NCBI GenBank assembly: GCA_973895155.1
Contig: OZ316891.1
Location: 27,379,561 to 27,443,560 of the forward strand
Source of the DNA: Marsupella aquatica
Lineage: Eukaryota > Plantae > Marchantiophyta
Reading direction: 5' to 3'
Length of the DNA: 64,000 nucleotides
A model generated the notes under the pieces. It did no database searches. It saw only the letters and a list, made by a program, of their open reading frames with translations, and was not told the origin of the DNA. Both the position numbers and the translations under genes were made by a program. Positions 1-13,072 of this stretch are shown here, in pieces; the stretch's first letter is position 1, and each line of letters opens with the position of its first letter.

Positions 1-298
1 GGTATAAAACCCCAAAGACTTCCAAAATAAGTGGGTAAAACCAACGTTGCTAACCATGGTTATCTCCTCAGCCCTGGTTGCGCACTTTGGGGCCCTGGTT
101 TAACCCTCTCTCCCTCCTGGCCTGGTCTATGCCAGATCCTTGAGTATTTTGCCCTTGAAGCTACCCTACATAGAATTGCATGCTCCAGAGCAAGGGCCTG
201 CTTTGGTTTTCAAGGCAAAATCTTCTGTTGGATGTTTTTGCCTATGTTGGACAGGCCTGCTTTAGGTTTTCAAGGCAAAGGAAAACCAACCCCCCTTA

Positions 299-476
299 AA
301 GGAAAACCTGGCACAACACTGACTTTTCTTTGTATCGACCAAACAGTGTTTACAGCCCAAAAAGTGAGCTTGTTTATCTGATAGAATCTGAAGGAAAACC
401 TGACATAACACTGACTTTTCTTTGTATCGACCAAACAGTGTTTACAGCCAAAAAAGTGAGCACGGTTATCTGATAG
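299..476. repeat. Tandem duplication, about 92-bp unit, 2 copies
   Basis: aaggaaaacctg(g/a)ca(c/t)aacactgacttttctttgtatcgaccaaacagtgtttacagcc...aagtgagc...ttatctgatag at 299-384 and again at 391-476. Confidence 0.9.
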
Positions 477-1212
477 CATCTGATGCTTGGATGGATCTTT
501 GGCCTATCCAAACATCATCTTCCTAGAAGTTGCAATGGATAATGACTGCACATTTTTAATCAGAGGCCATGGATGATTCAAAATGTTACACCGCTCATTA
601 TCTTGTAGCTGCTGTTCACTGAATCACTGAATGTGTTCAACAGCATTAAGTCGAAGGAATGCTCGCATCATTCTGCTGAACAAGTCTTCCACTTCGGTAC
701 CTTCAAAACGCCATCGCCATATCCTTCACAGCCCCCGTTCTCACAAAAGTGGAAATCATGGGCTCCGACAGAGCTTGAAAACATCGTAGGGGTCGATCAG
801 TAAGAGAGCGCGACGAGAATTCGGAAAAAGTACTCATGAGGAATCGCCTTTTGCAGATCCTTTCCAGGCACTGAGGAGAATCTTTTCTCGGCGCACACTA
901 ACGCGTCCTGATATCTCGATGTGATAAGGAGCAAGCCGATCAAAGACTTGGCCTCTGGAAAGTTCAATCGAGATGCTGAGGCGGTCGTTCACACTGTAGG
1001 TACGCGAAAGCTGGATGTCTGTGCGAGCTGGTGAATGACCGACCCCTCCCGGCCAGCCAATCTATACTGACCTCCATTTCGATCGTATGCGTAGTGGACA
1101 CTGACGCAAAGCTCTTCGAGTCACGTCAGTAGCTCCGGACAAGTAACCCAGCGTCGTCGCAAAACTTCAATAAGTCAAATTAGAAAATACATCTTTGCAC
1201 AACGCTAGTAGT

Positions 1213-4200
1213 ATGGCCCTCGCTATGGCGTCCTGCAGTTATGCAAGCCAAGTCTTGCACCAATCTTTAGCACTACCGAGTTCGAAAGTCTGGACCGCTC
1301 GAAGTAATGTAATTCGATTCACCCGCAATCGGCAATTTAGGTCTTCGTTTTTGGCGAAGGGACTTTTGCCGAGCGAGAAGGTCTGGCAGCGTCGTGTTTT
1401 TGGTGCCGTTGTTGTGGACGGTGTCGCTCGTCCTGCCACAGCGAAAGGAGTGGTGGTGGCAGCAGCAGGGCGTGTAGTTGCTGCCGCTGCTGCAGCTTCT
1501 TCTACTCTCCTTGAGGCTCTTCTATTCGACTGCGATGGTGTTTTGGTCGATACGGAGAGGGATGGGCATCGCATTAGCTTCAACATTGCCTTCGCTGAGG
1601 TGCGTCGCCCCTCCCCGGACGAAGCCTCCCTTTTGCGATTGCGATTCATGAGGGGATTAGCAGGAGATGGCAGATAAATGTTGGCCTCTTTGGCTGAAAG
1701 CTTGAGCTCCAACTCATGAAGAGTGGGGTTTCTTCCTCACTTGGAAGCTTCTGATCTCTATGTGTTGGAGCTTAAGTTTTCTGTCAATCATGTCTAAGTT
1801 ACATCCAAATCTAAGTTTCGCATTGAACAGAGTCATCCACGATTCAAGCGGAACTTCCTGTTGTCCATGAACTAAAATTTGATGCGATAAGGGCCATGAC
1901 CATCTCAAGGATTACTAATTTTTATTGTAATTTGCCAGTTCAAGCTATCTGCTTTGGTGTTGCCGCTGACTTTCTCTGAGTTTTACATTTTTGCTGTATC
2001 CGCCCTCACAGAATGGATTTGATACGGTCTGGGACGTCGAACTCTACGGTGAGCTGCTCAAGATCGGTGGTGGGAAAGAGAGGTACATTCCACTCGAGGG
2101 GCCCCCGATACTGTAGACATTCGCCACGGATTGATAAGTGCTGGACTGTTGGAATTGATAGTTATGTTGTCTATGTATGTGAGTGGCCAACACTTGAAGC
2201 AGGGCTTCTATCTGTATTTCCTGATGAGTTTCAATTCTTATAGGATGACTCATTACTTCAACAAGTTCGGATGGCCTGAAACAGCCCCAAAGGACATAGA
2301 TGGCAGGAAAGATTTAGTGGCAACTCTCCATAAGCAGAAGACAGACCTTTTCATGGATTTGGTGGAGAAAGGGTCACTTCCTCTTCGTCCAGGTGTTGCC
2401 AGGTTGAGAATTTCTATACTTTCCTTCCTTATTAGGGAAATAAGCAGTATCTAAGCCTGATGAAGATTGAACTCATTGCACAATTGCCCGCGTATGTGCC
2501 TGTGAGACATGGAACAGTGTAATATATTTTGACGATTCTTGCATTGAATCTACTCGCCTCTGATGTATACCGTCTGAGTTTGAAGAACATCCACGATGCT
2601 CTATCTTTATCTCCTATGTCGGCTTCTTATCTGTGCTTTTGTTGTGAGATCCACGCCGAAGCCTTTACCATTATTAATACATTCCGTAGTTTTGATATCT
2701 CCTAGGTCGGCTTCTTATCTGTGCTTTTGTTGTCAGATCCACGCCGAAGCCTTTACCATTATTAATACATTCCGTAGTTTTGATACTGTTCGCGAGTGGA
2801 TAACTTTGAGTCTTGTGTGATGACAAGTGTCTCTATCAATCTGCTGTGCAGGCTTGTGGACCAGGCTTTGGATAGTGGAGTCACTGTGGCCGTGTGCAGC
2901 ACATCGAATGAGAAAGCTGTAGTTCCCCTTCTTTCTTCTCCCAGTGCTGAGGACAATTTATGTGTGAAGTCGAAAGCATGTTGTTATGAGATATTGTCCT
3001 GACAGTGTTGTGCCAAAGGTTCAGAATTTGAAGCATAAGAATTCATTCTCATATTTCGGCCGATCATGTAGAATATTAGATGATTTATCCTCTCAATCTG
3101 ACGATTCTGGAATGTAGATGTGGTAATTATATTTTATTGTATTTTGTTGATGATGATAGTAGGATGGCTTGTAACCATAAAACATTTCTTTGGCTTGATG
3201 GTAGCTAGGTGTCAGCGATAGTAAGAATTATGCTTGGTCCAGAACGGGCTTCAAAGATTAGTATCTTTGCTGGAGATGTTGTGCCACGCAAGAAGCCTGA
3301 TCCAGTAAGTATTCTCCACCCTTTTGTTATGTTTCATGGTGAAATTGTTTGACGAATGGGTCGACCTCATTAATAGCTAGAAGATATCCGTGTCTGGTGC
3401 GCATGGTAAAATGGGCTCTTCGCTTCTCTGGAGTATTTGTGTGGTATCTCAAACGGTATATAAAGTGAGGGTAACGTAATTCATACTTTCTGGTCGGCTG
3501 CAGGCTATTTATTTGCTGGCTTCAACGACACTAGGAGTATCGCCCGAGAGGTTAGAGGAACTTACTTCAAGTCTGATAGCCACATCGGACTGACAACAGT
3601 CTATTTCATCGTCCTGTATGTCATGCAGTGGTTTCGAGGGGAAAGGTTTGGCTTGATATGTGGTCGTTTTTTCTTTGTGAGCCTGGAATTCCATTTGTCT
3701 AAATCAACTTTACAAATCTGGTGTGCAACTGCATGATTTTGCAGATGTGTTGTGATTGAAGATAGCCACATCGGACTGACAGCAGCTAAAGCTGCAGGAA
3801 TGAAATGCATTGTCACGAAGAGTGGGTGAGTTATTAGTTTATTAAAATTTGGCTCTTCTGTAAAGACCACTTCTAGTAAAATTAATGGTGTTGATGGGTT
3901 CTTGCCAGCAGTCATTTAGGCTTGTCTGGTCAATTCGTAGTAGAGTAGCTTCGCAGTGGTATTGTCATTTGTGGCAAGCTACTCTTAATGATGTCGATGT
4001 TGTAATGTTTCTAGGCAAACAAACCGTCTGTGTTCACAAGTCAGTGGGCTTGTAAACTGACCATCCCTATACATAGCACCTTGTTTGTTCTAATCAAGTC
4101 TGTATTTCGAGGCTGCTCAGTGGTCATGCACACGGGTAGCATATGAAATATGTCATTAAATGGGTGAAGGTTTGTGGTCTTTTCCAGGTATACCGAGGAG

Positions 4201-4317
4201 GAAAATTTCTCAGCTGCGGATGCAATATTTGCCTGTATTGGTGATCCACCGACTGCCAATTTTGATCTGGAGTTCGCAGCCAGTTTACTTGGTTTACCTG
4301 CAGACGCTGTGGTCTAA
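1213..4317 (+). CDS. CBBY: Chloroplast CbbY-like HAD-superfamily hydrolase (xylulose-1,5-bisphosphate phosphatase type), 8 exons
   Basis: Exons about 1213-1599, 2012-2082, 2244-2402, 2852-2918, 3209-3304, 3504-3550, 3745-3825, 4188-4317, all GT-AG and in frame. Ser/Ala/Arg-rich transit peptide; HAD motif I LLFDCDGVLVDTERDGHRISFN; YGELLKIGGGKERM; LRPGVARL; VCSTSNEKAV; AGDVVPRKKPDP; CVVIEDSHIGL..AKAAGM; ends TAA. Confidence 0.92.
2608..2785. repeat. Tandem duplication, about 88-bp unit, 2 copies, in CbbY intron 3
   Basis: atctccta(t/g)gtcggcttcttatctgtgcttttgttgt(g/c)agatccacgccgaagcctttaccattattaatacattccgtagttttgata occurs twice head-to-tail. Confidence 0.92.
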
Positions 4318-5931
4318 TAGAGACCCAGTTTATATTTTACCGGGAAGATTGCACGTCCAAATCCCGGGAGCATGTAGGAGCGTATACAGTGAGGATACTA
4401 TGTGCATGAAGATTGGAAGGTTCTTCCCTTTGCCCCTTGGCCTCCTGTTGGCGTACCTTTCTCCGTTATTGTGAACATTACTCACTGTTGGACGCTATGT
4501 GAAATATTCATGACAGCTATTATCCAACTGTACTGGAAATTAATTAATCCAGATTTATTTTCCAGTTTCGAAACAGCGCCAGGGCAGGGCGATCACACAA
4601 TGGTGGTGGTCACACAACAATAACTCATATAATTTAATGAATATAGCACAGCCTCGCGTAATTCCAAACTCAACTCTCGATAGAAAGTCTGTATCCTGAA
4701 TGTAAGAATAGATTGAGATGCAGCCGAGAAGCTTTTCCGGACGTCAAGGTCACAGGGCTACAGACTACAACCATGCCCGGACCATTACCTCACACAGGTC
4801 CTGAAACAGTTCATCGGGTTGTATGTGTCGGGGCACCAAACTATGAGAAGAGGAGACGGCAGTAGAAATTTGTTCTGTGCAAAATTTACGAGACTCTTGA
4901 AATCCACTCTCCTTCCTTTCATACATCGGCTGTACCTCTCCAACAGACCGGTTTCATTAAACATCTGAGCTAAGATTCTCCGGCATTCGACTCTTCCACC
5001 AATCGAACAGAAGTCATATGTAGGCCTGAATTTTTCCCTCTTACCATGGAAGAATTGCCTCACAAGCGACTGCACACCCTATGGGCCTATTGGGTTTCCT
5101 AGTGACACAATTTCATGATCTTGAGTCCGGATTTGCCAAAGCTCCAGCCCAATCTAGGCCTCTTCCGGGAGAAGTATAATTCGGGAACACATTAACTCTT
5201 ATCCGAAGAAAACCTAATCCCATTAATCGTTCATGAAGGTCACGACCAACCGGGGAAAGTATCAGCGAGAGTGCCGAGTATGAAATTCAGAAATTCAGTT
5301 GCCTTCATGCCATGCTTGACTATTTGCAAAACAGAGAGAGAATTTGGGCCTGAGCTTGGGAGATGTTCAGTTGTCATAATCCCTCTACAGAGTAGCATTA
5401 AGGAGTGACAAGCGATTGTTAATAGCCATGACAATAAGGCCATCAGAGAAAAACAAGTAAAAAACCCGATGTCCAACACTACCAAGAATCTCTATGCATA
5501 TCCACAAGACGAAAGATGATATACAGTGAACTTCCATTGCAAAACGGCTCTCTCGGGATGCCCTAGCTAATTCCCTTCAGGACTTCGTCTTGAAAAAGCA
5601 TAGGACTCTAAAACAAACAGTAGTGACTGCGAGAGGCGATTATATTCTCGCTAGCAATTTCGTTTCAGGAAAGAAGAATAGAAGCAGCCGAGGACAGTGA
5701 TGCCCATCTACAACTCGCTCAATAGCTAGTTTCTCCGCTCCACTTCTAGTCCTGGTTGCGCCTACCGTAATCAGGAACCTCATTGATCCGTGTTTCTTGT
5801 CCTTTTGGTTGAATGAGAAGTGTGTCAACTATGAAAGAGGGATCAAAACTTCTATGATATCCTGCGGACCAAGTGGATTCTATAGAATTGTATTCGTCTA
5901 ATCACAATCGGATTTGTGTCGAAAGAATTCT

Positions 5932-7717
5932 CTATTCCGAAACCCCGAGCCACTTTTGGAAGATCTCGAACTCAGTGTAGTCGCTGTCAGAACTCATCGT
6001 CTTGAACCATGCCTCTCCTGCCTTTTTGATTGCCTCCTTATCGTCAGCCTGAAAGCGACAAAAAGCCCAAGAACACATGGAAAATCAATTGAAGAGCTTT
6101 CAGCATTGACCGAAACGGAAAGAACACGAAGTAGATAGATAGGAGGGAAAGCGGAGTAATTTTGGAAGATAGCAATGCAAGCAAACCTTGGGAGTCTTCC
6201 TCTTGGCATCCAACTTCTCAGCCTTGGCCTTCACGCGCTGCTCCTGAGCCAAAAGCTCCATTCTCCGGGCGGTCTTAGCATAGGGGTTGAGCTTCAACAT
6301 TGCGCCAAGGTTCTTCAATGGGTTCTTCTTCAATGCCCGTCTCTTCAAGTCTGATTTCTTAGGTCGAACCACGCTCTGAATCTCATCAGAATTGATAAGC
6401 CGAGACAAATCAGAGTTGCTCAAAATTGACCGGGGAATAGAATAGCCCTTCTTCAACAAAGACTTGCCCTCCAATGTACCGAAGATACTGTCCAGCTTGT
6501 CAAACGCACTCTTAGTCCAGATAACAAATCGGCCGAGGTGACCGCCGGGTGCAAGCTGCAAAAGGTTAAGACGATCCACGGATGCGACCTCCACACCGGG
6601 AATATTCCTGAAGGCCTTAACAAGCTTAGCTCCCTCGGTTCCATAGACCAACAAGGGTCCCCGCCGAGAAACATAGCGACGGTTCCTCATCTTACCCTTA
6701 CCTGCACGAATATTGTGGCTAGCTTTCACCTTTTCGACATCCTCGAAAGCTCCAATCTTCTTCAAAATCTTCACAGCGGCGGAGGTCTTTTCCACAGACT
6801 CCACACTGTCGCTCAAAACCAAAGGAACTTCCGGGACCTTGTCGATGCGGTGGCCCCTGGCCGTGACCAAAGCAGGGATGGCGGAAGCAGCCAATGCAGA
6901 CACGACTGCATACCTCTTCTGGTTAATGTTCACCTTCCGGTGCCACTTTCGCCAAATCTTCGTCGGAGCAAACATGCGACCTCCACGGCACATGTTTCCG
7001 AAAGCTCCCTGTCCTGCACGATGCGTTCCTCCTCCTGGAACCCTGGGAATTCGAGACACTGCACGCCCGGTTCCCCATGACTCGGCCGAAGTCTGGTGCC
7101 CAGCCTTTTTGCTCACGGCATATGGCTGTCTCTTGTTCTTAGCAATGTTGGCATGCACAAACTCGACGATATCCGGCCTGCGCCCAAAATCATTGACAAG
7201 CTTACTAACGGATCACCCTCGCCCCTTCCCTTACTACAGAGGGAACAACGCCCATGAAGAGGAAGGCAACACCAGACCGAGAGATTGCTGACGCGACCAC
7301 TTACTAATTGATCACCCTCATTCCTTCGCCGATTCAACCAGGAAAATCAATAATGTGGAGGGCATCAACACAAGAGCGAGAAGTAAGTTGTCGACAGGAC
7401 AACGCTTGCTGATCGAACACCTCCGTCCGCACGCTCTTTCGTGCAGGAACAAAAATGATGCGCAGCGTAAAACATACGAGAGAGAAGTGGTTCAAACGAC
7501 CAAGCTCGTTAATGGATCACCCTCGTCCATTTGCTTACTCAACCAGAATAAAAATCATGCCAAGGGTGAAAACAAGACGACATGAGAGTGAGAAGTTGTT
7601 GACGTACCGAATCGGGGCCAGCATGACGGCCGGGAGCGTAATCGACATTTCCGCATCTCCACCGTCCTCGCCTTCCACGATCTGGACATTCACCAAGGGC
7701 CTCGCTGCGGCCGCCAT
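5932..7717 (-). CDS. RPL4: Cytosolic 60S ribosomal protein L4 (uL4), 3 exons
   Basis: Exons 7717-7608 ([12 protein letters not shown]...[10 protein letters not shown]), 7177-6187 ([46 protein letters not shown]...KRKTPK) and 6048-5932 ([38 protein letters not shown]). Hallmark eukaryotic L4 motifs; GT-AG introns in frame. Confidence 0.97.
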
Positions 7718-7834
7718 CGCTCCAAGCTTCGAGTGCAATCTCCGGCTTCTCTTGCAGCCGAGCTGAGTTCAGTAAACCCTTCGAGAAAAGACCGACGTCA
7801 GTTGCTCTTCGTGCAATTGACTGCACTCTGCCTC

Positions 7835-7843
7835 AAACCCTAA
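7835..7843. promoter_or_regulatory. Telo-box (AAACCCTAA) upstream of RPL4
   Basis: Exact aaaccctaa about 120 bp upstream of the RPL4 ATG; telo-boxes are typical near the start of plant ribosomal-protein genes. Confidence 0.6.
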
Positions 7844-8151
7844 CAGCGGACTCCCTGAGCTGTTCATGGGGTATCACAGGAGTTAGTATAGGGCTGTTTG
7901 GGAACCAGATGAATACGATAGACCTATTAACTGGCGTCTCGCCTCGTGACCTCAGATCTGGAGAGGTTTCCCGGAATTCCCATGGGTAATGTTTTGGAAC
8001 CTGTTTACCAAACTAGACCACTCCGACCAGATTCTGCTTGACACCCGAGAATGGTTAGAAATTCAAGAACTCTAATATATAAGTGTTTCAGAATGGAACA
8101 ACTTGGATAGACTCTTTTTGTTGTAGATAGATATATAACCGTTTGTTTAGA

Positions 8152-8266
8152 AGACCCTAGTGAGTAGAAATAAGATGTTTTTTGCTGTGGTGTGGAACAT
8201 GAAAGACCCTAGTGAGTAGAAAGACCCTAGTGAGTAGTATAAGATGCTTTTTGCTGTGGCGTGAAA
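8152..8266. repeat. Short local repeats (aagaccctagtgagtag x3, taagatg..ttttgctgtgg x2)
   Basis: Repeated motifs seen directly at about 8152, 8203 and 8221. Confidence 0.8.
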
Positions 8267-11134
8267 TTTTTTCTTGTTAAGTTTGTGTTTCCCTCATTGT
8301 TTTTTTCTTCTCCCTTTATCATGTTGGAGGAAGAGGAAAGAAAATAGGGGGGGAGGGACAATGGGAAGAGGGAGAGCGGTTGGAGAGAAAAAGAGGGTAT
8401 GGGGGAGGAAAAAAGGGTCGAAGAAAAAAGGGTCAGGGAAAAAGTTAAAATGTTCTTCGTCCATGTACCGTCGTGCAACCATGCCTAGACCCTGCGATGC
8501 CCTGGTGGCTGTCACCCCCTCGCCCTCGCCCTCCCCAACAGCAACTACTAAATTAACAACATTTCTACAACAAAACTTTAACAGCGTGACTGTGTAGATG
8601 TAATAGCCACAATGACAACATTTCTTTCCCCTCACTTGCACTTGTTTGCCTCACCTCAATATTTATGTGAGAGGTAGGGACACTGCCATACCAACTAAGA
8701 CATGGCTGCAACAACAATGCACGGACATTGGGCTGATAGGGCTACACGGGCTGATAGGGCTACACGATAAGATGGCGATGGCCACAATAAACATTGTAAT
8801 AGTAAAATTGTTTAAAACAAGATGGCTATGATGGACAATATTAGATTCTTACAAGTGACTGGTCAATGTTGCCTGTTGCACACCTTAACACTAGACTTCC
8901 AAGGTTGTTGTTGGGACTAACTAAATTAGTGTAGGGCTATTTCCTGAACACAATGCTATGAGAGACATTTTTTACTTATATCTTGTGTCATGGACCGAAC
9001 ACAATATCCCCTTAGACCAAGACTCCACCTTGATGAAGGTGGTTATGAGTGGTTGCTGGTAGCACCATCATGAGCTCCCCGTCAACCTGAGCACGTTGCT
9101 ATGTGTAGCATTGCTATTGGAGCCACAGGGGAAGAGTTACAGGTTGGGGGCCAAAAATAGGAAAGTAACCCACACTGATCCAAAGGCAACAGGTCCCTTG
9201 ATTCAAAGCATAATTATATGAAGCCATCAGTCGCAATAGGTTGGATTGCCCCATTCTCAAAGGTTGAGTATCATTACTCTTGCCGAGCGAGGAACAAGAG
9301 TAGCACACATGTACTGATGCCTACAAGCAGGGTGCAGGGGAGGTTGGTTGGCTTCCAACTTGTAGGGCCCTGGGGTGGATGGTCCCAGCATGTCATTTAG
9401 GTGTCTCATTCCATGCCAGTGGGTGACGGACTCGGTGACGGACCATAGCTTGAGATCCGCATGTGATCTCAAGGAACTAGTGTATGCATTGTGAAGCAGG
9501 TGACAAGGGCTACCAAGGGAAAAGGCCCCAGCTGGGGTTGGGGCACAACATCCTGCCTCATGACCTCAGATCCCCGGGTTTGGGAAATCCTTACTCATAG
9601 TGATTGAAACCTGTTGACAGGAATAGACCACTCTGACCAGATTATGTGGGATACCTGAGAATGGTTATTGTTGTGCATGGGGACATCACACCCTACATTA
9701 GGGTGGTTGAAATCTACAGATGCTCTGCAGGATTAGGTTATTTCCCTCAAAACTGCAGTCTATCTCATATATTTTTTGAGAATCGCATTAGCATGTAAGC
9801 TAAGATGATTAAACAAAAATAGTCAAATGATACAATTACATGAAAAAGTCTAATGAGTATAAAACACTCTCGAAAACACTTGTTCTCTCGGTATTTGGGG
9901 TATTTGGGCTAGTCTCAATGTTGCAGTGTTAATATCCATGCAAAGCAAACATTTGCAAAATGCTGCCCTTAAAAGGAGGCAACTGTCATTGTTGAGAGTT
10001 GTCACCCAACACGTACTACTGTATATGTCAAAGAACTCTAGAATATGACTCAGTTTGAGAATGGGGCAACTATCCAAGTTGCCTAGACTTTCATCTCATA
10101 CCACCATGTTGCTCTCAGACTTTTTTTGGCAAAAAATTACATATCCAAAGCACATGAGGGTGCCAAAATTCATCAAAGTATCATCATTAAGTTGCCACCC
10201 ATTCTCTCTATCCAGTCTGCTATTTGCCTGACCAGAAGATTAAAATCATTTAACAAGCCTGGGCAAAAATATGTATCATGAGGACAAACAAGGAGAGATA
10301 GAGCATGAAGCGTAGTTCAAAGCCCAGGAAATACGACATCACATCATTAAGAACTATAATACAAGGTCGGGTCACTTTTTGCAGTGGTCATTTTACAAAT
10401 TTGCAGGGCCAAAAAAATGTGGGAAAGAAGCATTCCAAAACAAAGCCTAGTCACATAGAAACTGGAAAATGCCAAGGCACAAAGAAACTGGAAAATAATG
10501 GGAGGTGATAGGAGCAAAGGGAGGGGGAGTATCAAAGAGGATTGTCCTCCTTGACCTCGCACCTCCCAGGCTATGGTCCCCTCATGTCAATCATGAGGTG
10601 TTAATGACATTTGCTAAAGATTACAAACCCAAAGTGATATCATTTTATTATGGTTTAAGTGGGCCATTCTGCCATTTTTCTTATGGAAGCCCATATTCTT
10701 ATTAGCCTCTGCCCCACATGCCTGCATGGGACGTCTACCCCATCTTCCTCTCTCTCTTGGGCATGCACCTCCTACACAGAAACTACCTCATTTAGAGAAG
10801 AACTTATCCTACATAAAAGACATATTTTCTTCCATAGCATCTTTTGCGAAACAATGTCTTTCTCGCAATGAAATGCTAAATGCAAAAATCTCTTTTGAGG
10901 AATGATTTCTTTTTGGTAAGAAAATCTGTTGATGCTTTTACATCAACTATATTTTCTCCACAATGCCATCTTTTAAGCAATGACCTCTTTTGCGGAATGA
11001 CAGTTCAAACGCATCAATATCATTTGAGTAATGATTTCTTGTGCATAGACATCTTTTACCCAACAATATCTTTTGTGCAACACATCCATATTGAACTAAA
11101 TAGAAAGGTCTATTTGGCACTCAAATACACTTTT

Positions 11135-11700
11135 TGATCAGGAGTCTGGTAGGAGAGTATTGGGTTGGAAAATTTGTGACCAATCTAAACATCACATTAT
11201 GTTAAAAAGTCACTTTGTCACTAAAACACTCTCTTTACTGACCCCACTAGAGGTCCCTTCCAAACTTCTTGGCACCACAGCACGCCATGTCATCAAGATG
11301 CGCTGCAAACAGGTACATATTGTAAAATCAATATGCACAATCATTGCCACAATCCTTAGTTCCGGTTGTAAGAGAAGTTGCTCAAGCAGAGGTCGTTGAC
11401 TACTGTTGAACCTACAAAGTATTAACGGTTGCTTATGACACATGCTCGTCAACAGTGCGACAGAAGGCAAGCAAGAAAGTTATCGAACCACCACAATTGC
11501 AATCTAAGCAGGTAGATCACAACAATATAATTGTTTCTTTCTATTTTAGTTTGAAGTTTGGATGGGGGTCCACGAACTAATTGATCAGGAGTCTGGTAGC
11601 AGAGTGTTTGGGTTGGAAAATCTGTGACCAATGACCACATCAGCATCACTTTAGTGGCAAAATGCTGATCAGCATCACTTTAATGGCAAAAGTCACTTTT
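11135..11700. repeat. Diverged direct repeat of about 50-80 bp (about 11135-11220 and 11582-11700)
   Basis: tgatcaggagtctggtag(g/c)agagt(a/g)t..gggttggaaaat(t/c)tgtgaccaat is present at both positions, followed later by aaaagtcacttt. Confidence 0.8.
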
Positions 11701-12159
11701 GAACATAATGTGACCAATGCTGATCTTTATTAGCCAGCTTGTCACCTAGCCAGAGACCTCTTTAGCTAGAATTTGGTAGTTATTCATAAATCTGGGGATA
11801 TCTGACATGCATAAATTAGTCATGGAATTAGATTAGTAACATTCTTAGCATTTATCCTTCACACAAGGTCCCACCCAACACCCTGGCGAGGTTATTTAAA
11901 AAAAAATCCACAACCACGAACTGTCCTGTGTAGTCTGTCTTCTTACATCGGAGGCTCATCTTGCAGTGATGAACAATAGCCCGAACCGGAGGCAACTCAG
12001 CCTCCTAGGAGAATGTTCAACAGTAGAGTCCATAGCATCCATTATGTTCCTTTGGCAACCGTGCTCCATGCGAACCACAACTCGCATCCTAAATGCGATG
12101 GAAGCTGACTACCCAAAACTGGGATTAGGAAGCTGCTACATTGGGCACATTGGGCACAT

Positions 12160-12308
12160 TGGGCAGCAATGACAGTCAGGTAGTCACCCTTGCCAACCGC
12201 TAAAATCTCACCGATATTTATCGACGATCTACAGTGGGCTACAGTGGGCAGCAGTGACAGTCATCCTTGCCAACCGCTAAACTGTCACCCATATTGATCG
12301 ACGATCGT
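12160..12308. repeat. Diverged tandem duplication, about 85-bp unit
   Basis: gggcagca(a/g)tgacagtca...ccttgccaaccgctaaa..tcacc.atatt.atcgacgatc occurs twice; also adjacent cattgggca x3 and ctacagtggg x2. Confidence 0.8.
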
Positions 12309-13072
12309 CTAGTCACGACACGTCACTGTGATGAGAAACTCACGGCAGAAAGAATACGCTCACATCTGACCTTGGCGACATACATTGATTTATGAAAATT
12401 GCAAGCTATTTTCAGGTCTCCAAATCAATCTACAAACATGAACAATAGTGGCCAAATGGCAGAACATCCCTGGAGATGCACTAAGCATGTTGCATTGGTT
12501 CTTGTTGCACATAGATTGATAAGACTCTAGAGAGACAATAATGATGTCTATCCATGTATGTGCAAAGTAAAACAAAGGGAGAAAAGGTCTATCTGCAAGG
12601 AGAAACAAAGCCTGACAAGGGAATTGCCGGGAGATAGAGAAACCGGCCAGGTGAAGGAAAATATCCCGTCAGAACGTAAGGCGACAAGGTAGATGGCCAC
12701 ACGAAACAAAACGTCAAAATACAAAAGCTGAACACACATTTTGCATGATAAGCAACAGAACAGAGTACAGTTCTCACACGACCTCGCCAGAACTTACATA
12801 TCTGCCACGTTTACATAGTTATGCTCTAAATGCATATACATGTTACTTTGAGTATTTCTTGATTAGTATTGAGAATCTGAGTCCGCCACTCAAACAATAT
12901 AAATATCAAGATCAGAATGAAACCTCCAAGAATCCAACCTCCTTTACAATCAGTGCTCTATCAGTGACACCGAACTAGTTGAATAATCTGAAAATGGAAT
13001 GAAGAATAAGCTGGTGTACACAGATCCTTCCCTCACTATTTCTCTTGTAGAGATATATCCTTCATGGGAATC

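Noticed and set aside
6538-7291. 180-aa and 192-aa plus-strand ORFs
   Set aside because: Antisense shadows of the highly conserved RPL4 CDS.
7178-7607. Box C/D snoRNA in RPL4 intron 1
   Set aside because: No clear RUGAUGA...CUGA pair with a terminal stem was found by eye; only the triplicated motif is reported.
8227-8641. Phe/Pro-rich and Lys/Gly-rich short ORFs
   Set aside because: They arise from a low-complexity purine-rich tract and show no family similarity or splice structure.
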